Shown here: positions 17,149 through 25,036 of the stretch, in pieces
How positions within the stretch are numbered: position 1 is the first letter of the stretch
How the letters are laid out: every line of letters starts with the position of its first letter
NCBI GenBank assembly: GCA_943371945.1
Contig: CALRWU020000001.1
Coordinates: forward strand, 1-26,838
Length of the DNA stretch: 26,838 nt
From: Azorhizobium sp. AG788
GTDB taxonomy: Bacteria > Pseudomonadota > Alphaproteobacteria > Caulobacterales > Hyphomonadaceae
Reading direction: 5' to 3'
The notes under the pieces: generated by a model
Database searches by the model: none
Told to the model about the DNA's origin: nothing
The model's input: only the letters and a program-made list of their open reading frames with translations
Position numbers and translations under genes: made by a program

Positions 17149-17463
17149 ATGGTCGAAGTTCCCAAGGTCACCGTCGCGATCACGCGCGAAGAGACGGGCA
17201 GTGGCGGCCGCTATGTCGCCCACGTCGCGGGCAAGCCCGAAGCCGAGATGACCTATTCGAAAGCCGGCGAGAAGATTCTCATCATCGACCACACCGGCGT
17301 GCCCGACGAACTCGGCGGCATGGGCGTCGGCAAGGCGTTGGTCGAATACATGGTGATGGACGTTCGCGCCCGCGGCCTGAAAGTGATCCCGCTCTGCCCC
17401 TTCACCAACGCCACCCTGCGCAAGCACCCCGAATGGCAGGACATCCTCAAGGACCCGTTCTGA
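17149..17463 (+). CDS. Small GNAT-family N-acetyltransferase (YjdJ-like)
   Basis: AGGAG RBS then ATG at 17149. IIDHTGVPDELGGMGVGKALV, LKVIPLCPF, HPEWQD. Confidence 0.9.
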   Translation: MVEVPKVTVAITREETGSGGRYVAHVAGKPEAEMTYSKAGEKILIIDHTGVPDELGGMGVGKALVEYMVMDVRARGLKVIPLCPFTNATLRKHPEWQDILKDPF

Positions 17464-17551
17464 GCGCACACCATTTGCGGAAGTCGTGTACAAATTCGGC
17501 GGATAGCGAAAAAACTTCGCGAGCAGTTTCAGGCGCTTGCCGCAAAAAACT

Positions 17552-17600
17552 GTAGGACGGCAGAACTGCAAAAATAAAAACCTGCGCCGCGCCGTCCTAC
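17552..17600. repeat. Perfect 10-bp inverted repeat with GTAG ends and a 29-nt A-rich spacer
   Basis: GTAGGACGGC (17552-17561) ... GCCGTCCTAC (17591-17600). Confidence 0.75.
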
Positions 17601-17630
17601 CCCCGTTCCAGCGGCCGTATATTTGTCCGC

Positions 17631-18137
17631 ATGACACGAACGCAAACGCGCACATACGGAGTTGCGATCCCATCAAGCCGCCAGCCCTTGCTGGAGGCCA
17701 TGCTGCGCGCGTTCTGCTGGCTCGTGTCCAACGTCGCTTGGCTCTTCGGGCCGACCATCAACCGCCACACCCGTGATTGGCACACGGATGAGGCGGAAGA
17801 CGATCACCTCCCGACGCCGAACGACCCAATCCAGAAAGAAGCACGACACTCTCAACTGTCATTCTCGGGTAAGCGCGCAGCGAGCATCCCGAGAATCCCG
17901 GTTGCCTCCACGCAGGGAACAACGCCGAATTCCCACGCGACCCAAAACCAGGATGCTCGGGACAAGCCCGAGCATGACTCCCTTGATGATCAGGAAGCAG
18001 AGCTTCAGCCCCGCGTTCCCCGCGTATGCGTGGATGAGGAGCGGCGCCGCAGGCGCGATTTGGTCCGGGGGACCAAATCGCGTGACGCAAGCCGCGCGCT
18101 GACCAGGCCCCCGCCTTCGCGGGGGACACGGTGGTGA
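17631..18137 (+). CDS. Putative leaderless ORF whose 3' half consists of REP palindromes
   Basis: 168-aa ORF with no RBS; TATATT lies 7 nt before the ATG. N-terminal Trp-rich amphipathic segment (MLRAFCWLVSNVAWLF). The 3' half reads through the repeats listed below. Confidence 0.35.
   Translation: MTRTQTRTYGVAIPSSRQPLLEAMLRAFCWLVSNVAWLFGPTINRHTRDWHTDEAEDDHLPTPNDPIQKEARHSQLSFSGKRAASIPRIPVASTQGTTPNSHATQNQDARDKPEHDSLDDQEAELQPRVPRVCVDEERRRRRDLVRGTKSRDASRALTRPPPSRGTRW
17858..17978. repeat. Inverted REP doublet (GTC-tagged alphaproteobacterial type, RPE/CIR-like)
   Basis: GTC-ATTCTCGGG...CCCGAGAAT-CC (9-bp stem, 17861-17896) and GG-ATGCTCGGG-ACAAG-CCCGAGCAT-GAC (9-bp stem, 17953-17975). Outer GTCAT/ATGAC inverted ends. 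GANTC at 17893 and 17976. Confidence 0.85.
18010..18129. repeat. Cluster of further palindromes: degenerate REP, perfect 13-bp hairpin, and GTC-CCCCGC-GAAG-GCGGGG REP
   Basis: CGCGATTTGGTCC-GGG-GGACCAAATCGCG (18054-18082); CCCCCGC-CTTC-GCGGGGG-AC (18108-18127); degenerate TTCCCCGCGTATGCGTGGATGAG near 18016-18038. Confidence 0.8.
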
Positions 18138-18210
18138 GATCGCGCCTGAAATCAGCCTGACCTAACTCAGGCCCCCGAAGCAAACTCAACCCCGGCCACA
18201 GCCGCAGGGA

Positions 18211-19758
18211 TCACGGTCGCATGCCGTTCGCGCGCGCGCCCGTCTTCAGCACCCGATAGGCATGCTTCACGAAATCCACGACCAGCGGACGCGTATCGCG
18301 CGGATCGATGATCTCCTCGGCGATGAAAGCTTCCGCCGTCCGGAACGGAGATCGCATCGCTTCGAACTTGCGATAAAGCTCCTTCAGCTCCGCTTCCGGA
18401 TCCGCCGAACCTTCCAGCTGCCGTTTGTAAGCCGCCTCGATTCCCCCCGCCATCGGCAGAGACCCCCAGTCGCCCGACGGCCAGCAATAACGCCAGCGCG
18501 TCCGCGTCGGATTGAACATCGCAGACCCGGCCAGCCCATAAGCCTTGCGGATCACCACCGGCAGGATCGGCGTCTGCACCTGGTAAACCGCCGCCATCGC
18601 GCGCACGCCCCTTCGCGTCACGCCGGCCCGCTCGTGCTTCGCGCCGACCGCAAATCCCGGACAATCGACAAAGTGAATGATCGGCAGGTGGAAGGTGTCC
18701 GCCAGATCGAAATGCCGCACAACCTTGTCGCACGCATCCGCCGTCCACGCGCCATCCAGGAAGAACGGATCGCCCGCCAGGATCGCCACCGGATGTCCGT
18801 CAATCCGCGCCAGTCCCGTCACAACCTGACGGCCCCACAGCGACCCGATCTCGAAGAAAGATCCCTTGTCGCAAACCGCTTCGATGATCTTGCGCGGCAT
18901 GTAGGGCGTCTTGCCGTCCTTCGGCACGATGTCGATCAGGAAGTCTTCCTTGCGATTGGGATCGTCCTCGCTCGGCAGCACCGGCGGCAGCTCTTCGACA
19001 TTGGCGGGCAGGTATGACAGGAAGCGCCGCGCATGTTCGAACGCCTCATGCTCCGAGTTCACGACGTTGTCGACGACGCCATTCCGGCCGTTGATCTCCC
19101 AGCCGCCCAGTCCCTCCTTGTCGACATTCTCCCCAATTGCTTTCGCCACCGGCGGTCCCGCCACAAACACCTGCGAGAGCCCTTTCACCATCACCGAGAA
19201 ATGGCTCGTCGCCACGCGCCCCGCGCCGAGCCCCGCACACGGCCCCAGCGCCAGCGACACCACCGGCGCCCGCGCCATGTTCGCGACCAGCCATTCCCAG
19301 GCCGGCGTGGTCGGGATGTAGGTGCGCGGATTCTGCTCCATCGATTTCACCGAGCCACCGCCGCCGGTGCCATCGACCATCCGCACGATCGGCATGCCGT
19401 ACTCGTGCGCCATCTGTTCGGCCATCAGCATCTTGCCGGCGATCGACGCATCCGATGCGCCGCCCCGCACCGTGAAGTCATCGGCAAGAATCACTGCCGG
19501 CCGTCCGTCCAGCGTGGCCCGCCCGAACACCATCGTGGCCGGCAGGAATTCCGTGATCTCGTCGTCGGGCCCATAGCCGGCCTTGCCCGCGATCTTGCCG
19601 ACCTCGTGAAAGCTCCCCGGGTCCGCCAGCAACGCCACGCGTTCACGCACCGTCAGCTTGCCCTGAGATCGCTGTCGCGCCACGCGCTCCTCGCCGCCCA
19701 TCTGTTCGGCGAGCCGCTCGCGGGCTCTCAATTCTTCAATGTGGCTTTTCCAGCTCAT
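18211..19758 (-). CDS. Acyl-CoA carboxylase carboxyltransferase (beta) subunit
   Basis: QMGG.ERVARQ..QGKLTVRER, DDFTVRGG, GPCAGLGA, FVAGPPV, FVDCPGFAVG, RKAYGLAG, IIDPRDTR. Confidence 0.93.
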   Translation of the reverse strand: MSWKSHIEELRARERLAEQMGGEERVARQRSQGKLTVRERVALLADPGSFHEVGKIAGKAGYGPDDEITEFLPATMVFGRATLDGRPAVILADDFTVRGGASDASIAGKMLMAEQMAHEYGMPIVRMVDGTGGGGSVKSMEQNPRTYIPTTPAWEWLVANMARAPVVSLALGPCAGLGAGRVATSHFSVMVKGLSQVFVAGPPVAKAIGENVDKEGLGGWEINGRNGVVDNVVNSEHEAFEHARRFLSYLPANVEELPPVLPSEDDPNRKEDFLIDIVPKDGKTPYMPRKIIEAVCDKGSFFEIGSLWGRQVVTGLARIDGHPVAILAGDPFFLDGAWTADACDKVVRHFDLADTFHLPIIHFVDCPGFAVGAKHERAGVTRRGVRAMAAVYQVQTPILPVVIRKAYGLAGSAMFNPTRTRWRYCWPSGDWGSLPMAGGIEAAYKRQLEGSADPEAELKELYRKFEAMRSPFRTAEAFIAEEIIDPRDTRPLVVDFVKHAYRVLKTGARANGMRP

Positions 19759-19926
19759 GGCGTCTCCCTACATGAAACCCTAGCGAGGCAGGGGACGGAC
19801 CGCGAGTGGAATTGCTACATTCTCTCTGGTGTCGCGGCATGGGTTGCGCTTGGCCCCCGGCTGCGCGACAAACACGCCCAGACGCCGTCAGGTAAATCGA
19901 CCGGGCAAATCGACAGGAGCTGTCAC

Positions 19927-20229
19927 ATGGATCTCGCCGCCCTCACTTCGAAGGTTCAGGAAGCGCTCGCCGGAGGCACCGGCTTCACCAACAAGGTGAA
20001 GTTTGATTTCGGCTCGGTCGGCAAACTCTTCATCGACGGCGCGGCTGGCAAGGCGACGAACGAAGATGGCGCCGCTGACGCTACTGTCTCGGTCTCCTTC
20101 GACGATTTCCAGAAACTGGCGCAGGGCGCGCTCGACCCGACCATGGCCTTCATGCAGGGCAAGCTGAAAGTCGCCGGCGACATGGGCGTCGCCATGAAGC
20201 TCCAGTCGCTGTTCTCGAAACTCAAGTAG
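19927..20229 (+). CDS. SCP2 sterol/lipid-binding domain protein
   Basis: CAGGAG RBS then ATG at 19927. VKFDFG, ADATV, LDPTMAFMQGKLKVAGDMGVAMKLQ. Confidence 0.93.
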   Translation: MDLAALTSKVQEALAGGTGFTNKVKFDFGSVGKLFIDGAAGKATNEDGAADATVSVSFDDFQKLAQGALDPTMAFMQGKLKVAGDMGVAMKLQSLFSKLK

Positions 20230-20233
20230 ACCA

Positions 20234-21199
20234 ATGGCCGACGGCGCTCAGCCCGGGGCGGGCCAGCACAAGGACCCGAAAGTGGATTGGGTTCTTGTGC
20301 CGGGCAATCCGCCTCCGGCGGGCGCTGAAGTCATCTGGGTGGAGGGCGAGGGCGGCGCGCGCGTGCGCATGCTCTTCGCGCCCAAGGAAAATGCCCGCGC
20401 ACTGGCTGTCGTCTGCCCGGGCCGCACCGAATCCATCGAAAAGTACTTCGAAGTTCAGCGCGTCCTTCAGGACAAGGGCTTTGCCGTCGTCTGCTTCGAC
20501 TGGCCGGGGCAGGGGCTCTCGGATCGTCCGTTGAAGAATCCGATCCGCGGGCACGTCACAAATTTCAACACCTATGTCGAGGCGATGGTGCGCGGCCTGG
20601 CCGTCATCGCCGACCGCGCGCCGAAGACGCGCATCATCGTGGCCCACTCCATGGGCAGCGCGATCTCCATGGAGGCCCTTCGCACGGGAAGGGTCGAGGC
20701 AAGGCTCGCAGCCTTCTCCGCGCCCATGTGGGGTATCCCGGTCCCGCCGCCTCTGCAGGTCTATGCCCGCTCCGCCAACGCCATCGGCTTCGGTACGTTT
20801 CCGGCCCAGCCCGAGCCCAAGGAAGAAAAGTTCGAAGGCAATCCCTTCACGCACGATTTTGAACGCTGGGGCCTCTACCGCCGCCTCGTCACCGCTGAGC
20901 CGCGTCTCGCGCTGGGCCAGCCCACCATCGGCTGGGTCGTCGCGGCCCTCGATGTCTGTGCAGGCTTCTTCCGCCCCGGCGCGCTCGATCGCCTGGCCTC
21001 AACGCCGATGCTGGTCGCGACCGCCACTGAAGACGCCATCGTCGACCCAACGGCAGGCGCGAAGCTGGCTGCGAAACTGCCCGCCGCGCGTCACCTGCCG
21101 GTGCAGGGCGCCAGCCATGAAATCTTCATGGAGACAGATGAACGACGCGCCGTTTTCTGGACAGCGTTCGACGAGCTCTGCTCAACAGCGGGCGTCTGA
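20234..21199 (+). CDS. Alpha/beta hydrolase, lysophospholipase (PldB-like)
   Basis: CPGRTESIEKY, FDWPGQGLSDR, AHSMG nucleophile elbow, EDAIVD, ASHEIFME. Confidence 0.9.
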   Translation: MADGAQPGAGQHKDPKVDWVLVPGNPPPAGAEVIWVEGEGGARVRMLFAPKENARALAVVCPGRTESIEKYFEVQRVLQDKGFAVVCFDWPGQGLSDRPLKNPIRGHVTNFNTYVEAMVRGLAVIADRAPKTRIIVAHSMGSAISMEALRTGRVEARLAAFSAPMWGIPVPPPLQVYARSANAIGFGTFPAQPEPKEEKFEGNPFTHDFERWGLYRRLVTAEPRLALGQPTIGWVVAALDVCAGFFRPGALDRLASTPMLVATATEDAIVDPTAGAKLAAKLPAARHLPVQGASHEIFMETDERRAVFWTAFDELCSTAGV

Positions 21200-21203
21200 C
21201 GGG

Positions 21204-21824
21204 TCAGTTCAACTGGCGCAGGCGCGATTTCTCGGCAGCATCCGCAGACTGGTTCAGAAGGCGCGTCAGCGAAGCTGTCAGCAGGCGATGTGAACTCGTC
21301 ATGCGACGCTGGCGCATCTGCTTGTTCTCGGGCCGCACGAGCGCGTCGACCGTCGCCGCCTCGTCCTCTGGCGTGTCATGCGCGGAGAACACGTAAGCCG
21401 CCACACCATCAGCGCGCGCGAATTGCTCCATCAATTTCTTGGCCTTCTGCTCAGGCGTTGGTCCGGAAATCCATTTCCGCACCAGCCAGCCGATGCCGAA
21501 CAGCGCCAGTCCAACCCCCAGCAGCGTGAACAGTGTCGCCAGTCCGGTCGTACGGGTGTTTGAAAACAGATCGGCAAAGAACCCATAGACCCACGCCCGG
21601 ATCGCCTCGTTCTGCGCTATCGCGAGTCCTCCCGCGCCGATCGCGACCCAGCCCGCCCGGATCGGCCATTTCAGCGTGCGCTCGACGCGCAGCTTCGTTT
21701 CGGCGCGAAACAGGTCCTGCTGCAGGTCCTTGAGCCGCTCGTCATGCTGACGGGCAATAGCCAGAATCTCCGCGACCGTGGGCGGCTCCAGCGTAACGGG
21801 ATGTGTTCCGGCGCGCGGTCTCAT
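21204..21824 (-). CDS. Hypothetical membrane protein (N-terminal coiled-coil-like stretch, two hydrophobic segments)
   Basis: GGAGGGGA RBS before ATG at 21824 (ORF track starts at 21836). Hydrophobic WVAIGAGGLAIA and LATLFTLLGVGLALFGIGWLV. Confidence 0.7.
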   Translation of the reverse strand: MRPRAGTHPVTLEPPTVAEILAIARQHDERLKDLQQDLFRAETKLRVERTLKWPIRAGWVAIGAGGLAIAQNEAIRAWVYGFFADLFSNTRTTGLATLFTLLGVGLALFGIGWLVRKWISGPTPEQKAKKLMEQFARADGVAAYVFSAHDTPEDEAATVDALVRPENKQMRQRRMTSSHRLLTASLTRLLNQSADAAEKSRLRQLN

Positions 21825-21853
21825 GATCCCCTCCACACCAACCCGAAGCTGTT

Positions 21854-21878
21854 TACGCGTGGGGTGGGGGACGGTTCC
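21854..21878 (-). promoter_or_regulatory. sigma-EcfG/SigT-like promoter (GGAAC-N16-CGTA)
   Basis: Minus strand GGAAC-CGTCCCCCACCCCACG-CGTA; one mismatch to GGAAC-N16-CGTT, 30 nt upstream of the 21824 start. Confidence 0.4.
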
Positions 21879-21918
21879 CGCGTTCTCTATCTAACCAGGT
21901 GTTTGTCTTTCAGAGAGC

Positions 21919-22284
21919 TCAGTAGGCCTTGGGGTCCAGCCCAAGCGCCTCGGCCAGAGAGAAGATCGCCTGGTTTTCCTGCGCCTCGAGCTTCCCATCA
22001 GCCACGACCGCCGCCTGTGCGACCCGCATGATCACGGCCTTGTCGGCCGCCTCGGTTATCTCTGTCCGGATCGCGATCAGGGCCGTTCCAAAGCTCTGCG
22101 CCGTGTGCACCTCGTGAGCGGCCTCCGTCCAGGCATCGGCGATATCGGCATGGCCCGCATGCGAGAGAGCCGGGTCGTGCGAGGCCATGTGGGCAAAGCG
22201 CTGCGCCTCGGCCGGCGCCAGCTTGCCATCGGCAAAGCCCACCATCGCAAAGGCGCGCGCTGCGTTGAGAAGAAGAGGGGTCAT
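21919..22284 (-). CDS. TerB-family (tellurite resistance-like) protein
   Basis: Two AD-G..E motifs: FAMVGFADGKLAPAE and AVVADGKLEAQE...LAEALGL. Confidence 0.85.
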   Translation of the reverse strand: MTPLLLNAARAFAMVGFADGKLAPAEAQRFAHMASHDPALSHAGHADIADAWTEAAHEVHTAQSFGTALIAIRTEITEAADKAVIMRVAQAAVVADGKLEAQENQAIFSLAEALGLDPKAY

Positions 22285-22300
22285 CCGGGCAATCCTGTTG

Positions 22301-23104
22301 TCAGAGCGCTGAACGGCGAAGCGAGATCAGGGCCTCATCGAGAATAGCGCGATTGGCCGAAGCCACAATCTGCCCGCCGAGCTGGGGCGCATTTCCACGC
22401 CAGTCGGTGACGATGCCGCCCGCGCCCTCGATCACCGGGATGAGCGCCGCAACGTCGTGCGCCTTCAGGCCTGTCTCGGTCACCATGTCGATCGTGCCGG
22501 CGGCCAGCCGCGCATAGGCATAGGCGTCGAGGCCATAGCGCGTGAGCCGCGCTGTCGCCCGGATATGCTCGAAAGCGCCGCGTTCGGGTGGCGTGAGGAT
22601 AAACGGGTCGGTTGTCGACAGGATCGCATCTGTCAGCTTCGGGCAGTCGCGCGTCTTCAACGCGATCCGCGCGCCACGCCCTTCCAGCCAGGAGGATTTC
22701 TCGGCGTCCGTCAGCCCGATATACCGCTCGTCGATCCAGGGCTGGTCGATGATGCCAAGGATGGGTCTGTCGCCGGCGACGGCGCCGATCAGCGTCGTCC
22801 ATGAGGTGAGCCCGGCCACGAAGGCGCGCGTGCCGTCGATGGGATCGAGATACCAGGTGACGCCGGATGTCCCGGCCGATGCGCCATATTCTTCACCCTC
22901 GATTCCATCGTCGGGGCGGTGCTGCGCTAGCACCTCGCGCATCGCACGTTCGGCGGCGCGGTCGGCTTCGGTGACGGGATCATAGCCGACGCTTGCCTTG
23001 TTCTCGGCGGCGTTCGCGGCGGATCGAAAATGGGGAAGGGCGGCGGTGCGCGCCGCATCGGCCATCAGCCGGGCCGTCGGCAGGAGGAGTTGGGCGAGGT
23101 CCAT
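22301..23104 (-). CDS. hisN: Histidinol-phosphatase, inositol monophosphatase family
   Basis: DPVTEADRAAERAMR, GEEYG, WYLDPIDGTRAF, DAYAY..LAAG.ID, HDVAALIPVIEGAGGIVTDW. Confidence 0.82.
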   Translation of the reverse strand: MDLAQLLLPTARLMADAARTAALPHFRSAANAAENKASVGYDPVTEADRAAERAMREVLAQHRPDDGIEGEEYGASAGTSGVTWYLDPIDGTRAFVAGLTSWTTLIGAVAGDRPILGIIDQPWIDERYIGLTDAEKSSWLEGRGARIALKTRDCPKLTDAILSTTDPFILTPPERGAFEHIRATARLTRYGLDAYAYARLAAGTIDMVTETGLKAHDVAALIPVIEGAGGIVTDWRGNAPQLGGQIVASANRAILDEALISLRRSAL

Positions 23105-23221
23105 GCCGGACCTTTGCCTTCGGCGCTCAACTCCGGCAAGCGTTAGTCCACCATCGCAGCTTGCGCCCGGCCGGGAATTTTTCCGGTCGGGCGAAGACTG
23201 CGCACGGGGTCAGTTCAGGTC

Positions 23222-23620
23222 TTACGACACCATCGTGTCGGAAGGATCGCCTTCCAGCGCCTTGGCCAGGTCGAGGAGGCGGCGGCGGGGGCGTTCCGAC
23301 AGGCGGTAGTAGGCGCGGACCAGTTCCAGCGTCTCTTTCTGCGAAAGAATGTCGCCGGAGAGGCGGTCGTTCTGGTCGTTGGCCGGAGCCTGTTTTCCGT
23401 CCGCCGCGAGGCCGTCGAAGAAATAATTGATGTTCACGTTCAGGGCGGTGCCAAGGCTGAAGAGCCGGCTCGCCGTGATGCGGTTCGCGCCACACTCGTA
23501 CTTCTGGATCTGCTGGAACCGCACGCCGACCTGGCTGGCCAGATCCTGCTGGGTCAGGCCCAGAAGACGACGACGGCGGCGAAGACGCTTGCCGACATAG
23601 ATATCCACATCCGTGGCCAT
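23222..23620 (-). CDS. XRE-family HTH transcriptional regulator
   Basis: VDIYVGKRLR.RR.LLGLTQQDLA..VGVRFQQIQKYECGANRITASRL. Confidence 0.93.
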   Translation of the reverse strand: MATDVDIYVGKRLRRRRRLLGLTQQDLASQVGVRFQQIQKYECGANRITASRLFSLGTALNVNINYFFDGLAADGKQAPANDQNDRLSGDILSQKETLELVRAYYRLSERPRRRLLDLAKALEGDPSDTMVS

Positions 23621-23864
23621 AACTCATACTCCCGCTACGCTGGCCCCGTACCATTCAGGGACCGTCGAGCGGTTGAGCAGCAAGCCGGGCGCCACACGTG
23701 TTGGGTGAACCCAAACCGCTCACCCCTTACCGACATTTTGTGACTATTGTGCAATGCAGCAGAAACAACCTGCGCAATAACCGGACAGGGGCGCCTTGGA
23801 ACTCACCAGAACTGGCGTTTTAAAGCCAAAATGCGGAAATTCGCCGCAGCTGCGAGATTTCGGC

Positions 23865-23892
23865 TTGAGGTTTTTGCAGTGCAGCGTAAATT
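23865..23892 (+). promoter_or_regulatory. sigma70-like promoter of the sRNA (TTGAGG-N16-TAAATT) with a TGC-N3-GCA motif in the spacer
   Basis: -35 at 23865-23870, -10 at 23887-23892, TGCAGTGCA at 23875-23883. Predicted start near G23899. Confidence 0.55.
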
Positions 23893-23898
23893 CAACTC

Positions 23899-23978
23899 GT
23901 GGCTCTTCGGAGCCGCTGCCCTTATGGGCGTTTCCTCCCTAAACCTTTGGCCGCGCTGGCATCCAGCGCGGCCTTTTT
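23899..23978 (+). ncRNA. mmgR: suhB / alpha-r8 (MmgR-like) small RNA
   Basis: Two short hairpins (GGCTC-TTCG-GAGCC; GCCC-TTAT-GGGC), then single-stranded TTTCCTCCCT (23931-23940, the conserved alpha-r8 anti-SD core), then an 11-bp terminator with U-tract. Convergent with N-formylglutamate amidohydrolase near cpdR, as for MmgR. Confidence 0.8.
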
Positions 23979-24932
23979 GTTTTCCTGGTCATCCGTCAGG
24001 TCAGCCTCCATGCACGTGAAAGCGCAGATTTCATTGGCAATTTCGCCCATATGCCGGCGCAGTGCGTTGAAACCGTCGTGCAACTCCACGTTCGCCTCGT
24101 CGAGATAAAGCCGGCGCCGCACCTCGATCTGCATGGCGTGCCGCCCCAGCGAAGGCTGGCCATGCGCCAGGGTCGCGAAACCCCCGGCATAGGGAGAATT
24201 CCGGGCCGTCGTGTAGCCGCGCGCGCGGAACAGGCCCTCGACCAGATCGACCAGCCCAGGGGCGCAGGAGGCCCCGAACCTGTCCCCAATCACGATGTCC
24301 GGCGAGCGGGCATTGGCCTCGGTTTCCGCCGGCATGGAGTGGCAATCAATCAGCCAGCCCTGTCCGAACATGGCCTGCGCCCGTCGCAGCAGGGCTTCCA
24401 GGGCGCGGTGGTAAGGGCGGTAGACCTGATCCAGCCGGTGGTCCGCCTCGGCCCGTGGCAACTTCCGGTGATAGATGGCGGCCCCATTGAAAGCGAGGCG
24501 GGGGATACATCCCAGACCGGCCTCGACCCGGGGCGAGCGCTGCGAAAACCAGCTGGGCGAGGGGTCCTCGAACATATGCGGGTCCATTTCGGACTCGGCA
24601 CGGTTGAGATCAACAAACCCCCGCGCCACAAGTCCGCAAATCACCGGGGCGCCCGCGAGGTGCACATCGGCGAGCAGGCGGTCGACATAGGCGTCCTCGA
24701 TCCGACGCAGTTCCATCATCGACGCCTTGCAGGTCTCCAGAAAACCCTTGGGATACAGGCGTCCGGAGTGGGGGGAGGCGAAAACCACCGGCGACATCAC
24801 GGAAACGGGCTCGTCGATGGAAAACGAGAAGCCGGTCCGCTCCGCCGGGCCGCCGCCCCTGGTGGAACGGGATTCGGGGTCTGACGACCCCGGATCCGCA
24901 AAGATCATCAAACCGGGAAACATTCCGTCCAT
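23922..24932 (-). CDS. N-formylglutamate amidohydrolase
   Basis: FASPHSG, EDAYVD, RGFVDLNR, GLG.IPR, YRPYH.AL, LIDCHSMP, DIVIGDRFG.SC, RN.PYAGG, QIEVRR. Start uncertain (24932, 24923 or later). Confidence 0.92.
   Translation of the reverse strand: MDGMFPGLMIFADPGSSDPESRSTRGGGPAERTGFSFSIDEPVSVMSPVVFASPHSGRLYPKGFLETCKASMMELRRIEDAYVDRLLADVHLAGAPVICGLVARGFVDLNRAESEMDPHMFEDPSPSWFSQRSPRVEAGLGCIPRLAFNGAAIYHRKLPRAEADHRLDQVYRPYHRALEALLRRAQAMFGQGWLIDCHSMPAETEANARSPDIVIGDRFGASCAPGLVDLVEGLFRARGYTTARNSPYAGGFATLAHGQPSLGRHAMQIEVRRRLYLDEANVELHDGFNALRRHMGEIANEICAFTCMEADLTDDQENKKAALDASAAKGLGRKRP
23949..23978 (+). terminator. Rho-independent terminator of the sRNA
   Basis: GGCCGCGCTGG-CAT-CCAGCGCGGCC-TTTTT: perfect 11-bp stem, U-tract on the plus strand only. 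Confidence 0.85.
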
Positions 24933-24967
24933 ATTTTAGGAGCCACGCGCTGGGTCAAGCGGAACTG

Positions 24968-24983
24968 TTCATTCCTGCTTTAC
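24968..24983 (+). promoter_or_regulatory. Degenerate CtrA-box-like site upstream of cpdR
   Basis: TTCA-TTCCTGC-TTTAC (6/8 match) plus GAATC at 24997-25001. cpdR is a known CtrA target in Caulobacter. Confidence 0.35.
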
Positions 24984-25036
24984 CACGACAGCTCATGAAT
25001 CGTACCATACAGCGCTGGGTTGGAAGTCCGGACATC

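Noticed and set aside
17464-18190. CRISPR array or IS element interpretation of the repeat cluster
   Set aside because: The repeats are non-identical hairpins without regular spacers; no cas, transposase or target-site duplication is visible.
19894-19914. AAATCGAC direct repeat before the SCP2 gene
   Set aside because: Only two copies, 13 bp apart; not enough to assign a function.
19033-19926. Long 5' extension of the SCP2 ORF (track 19033-20229)
   Set aside because: Overlaps the carboxyltransferase in antisense; a good RBS and ATG at 19927 define the real gene.
23798-23819. GGAAC...CGTT upstream of the sRNA
   Set aside because: Spacer is 13 nt, not 16-17.
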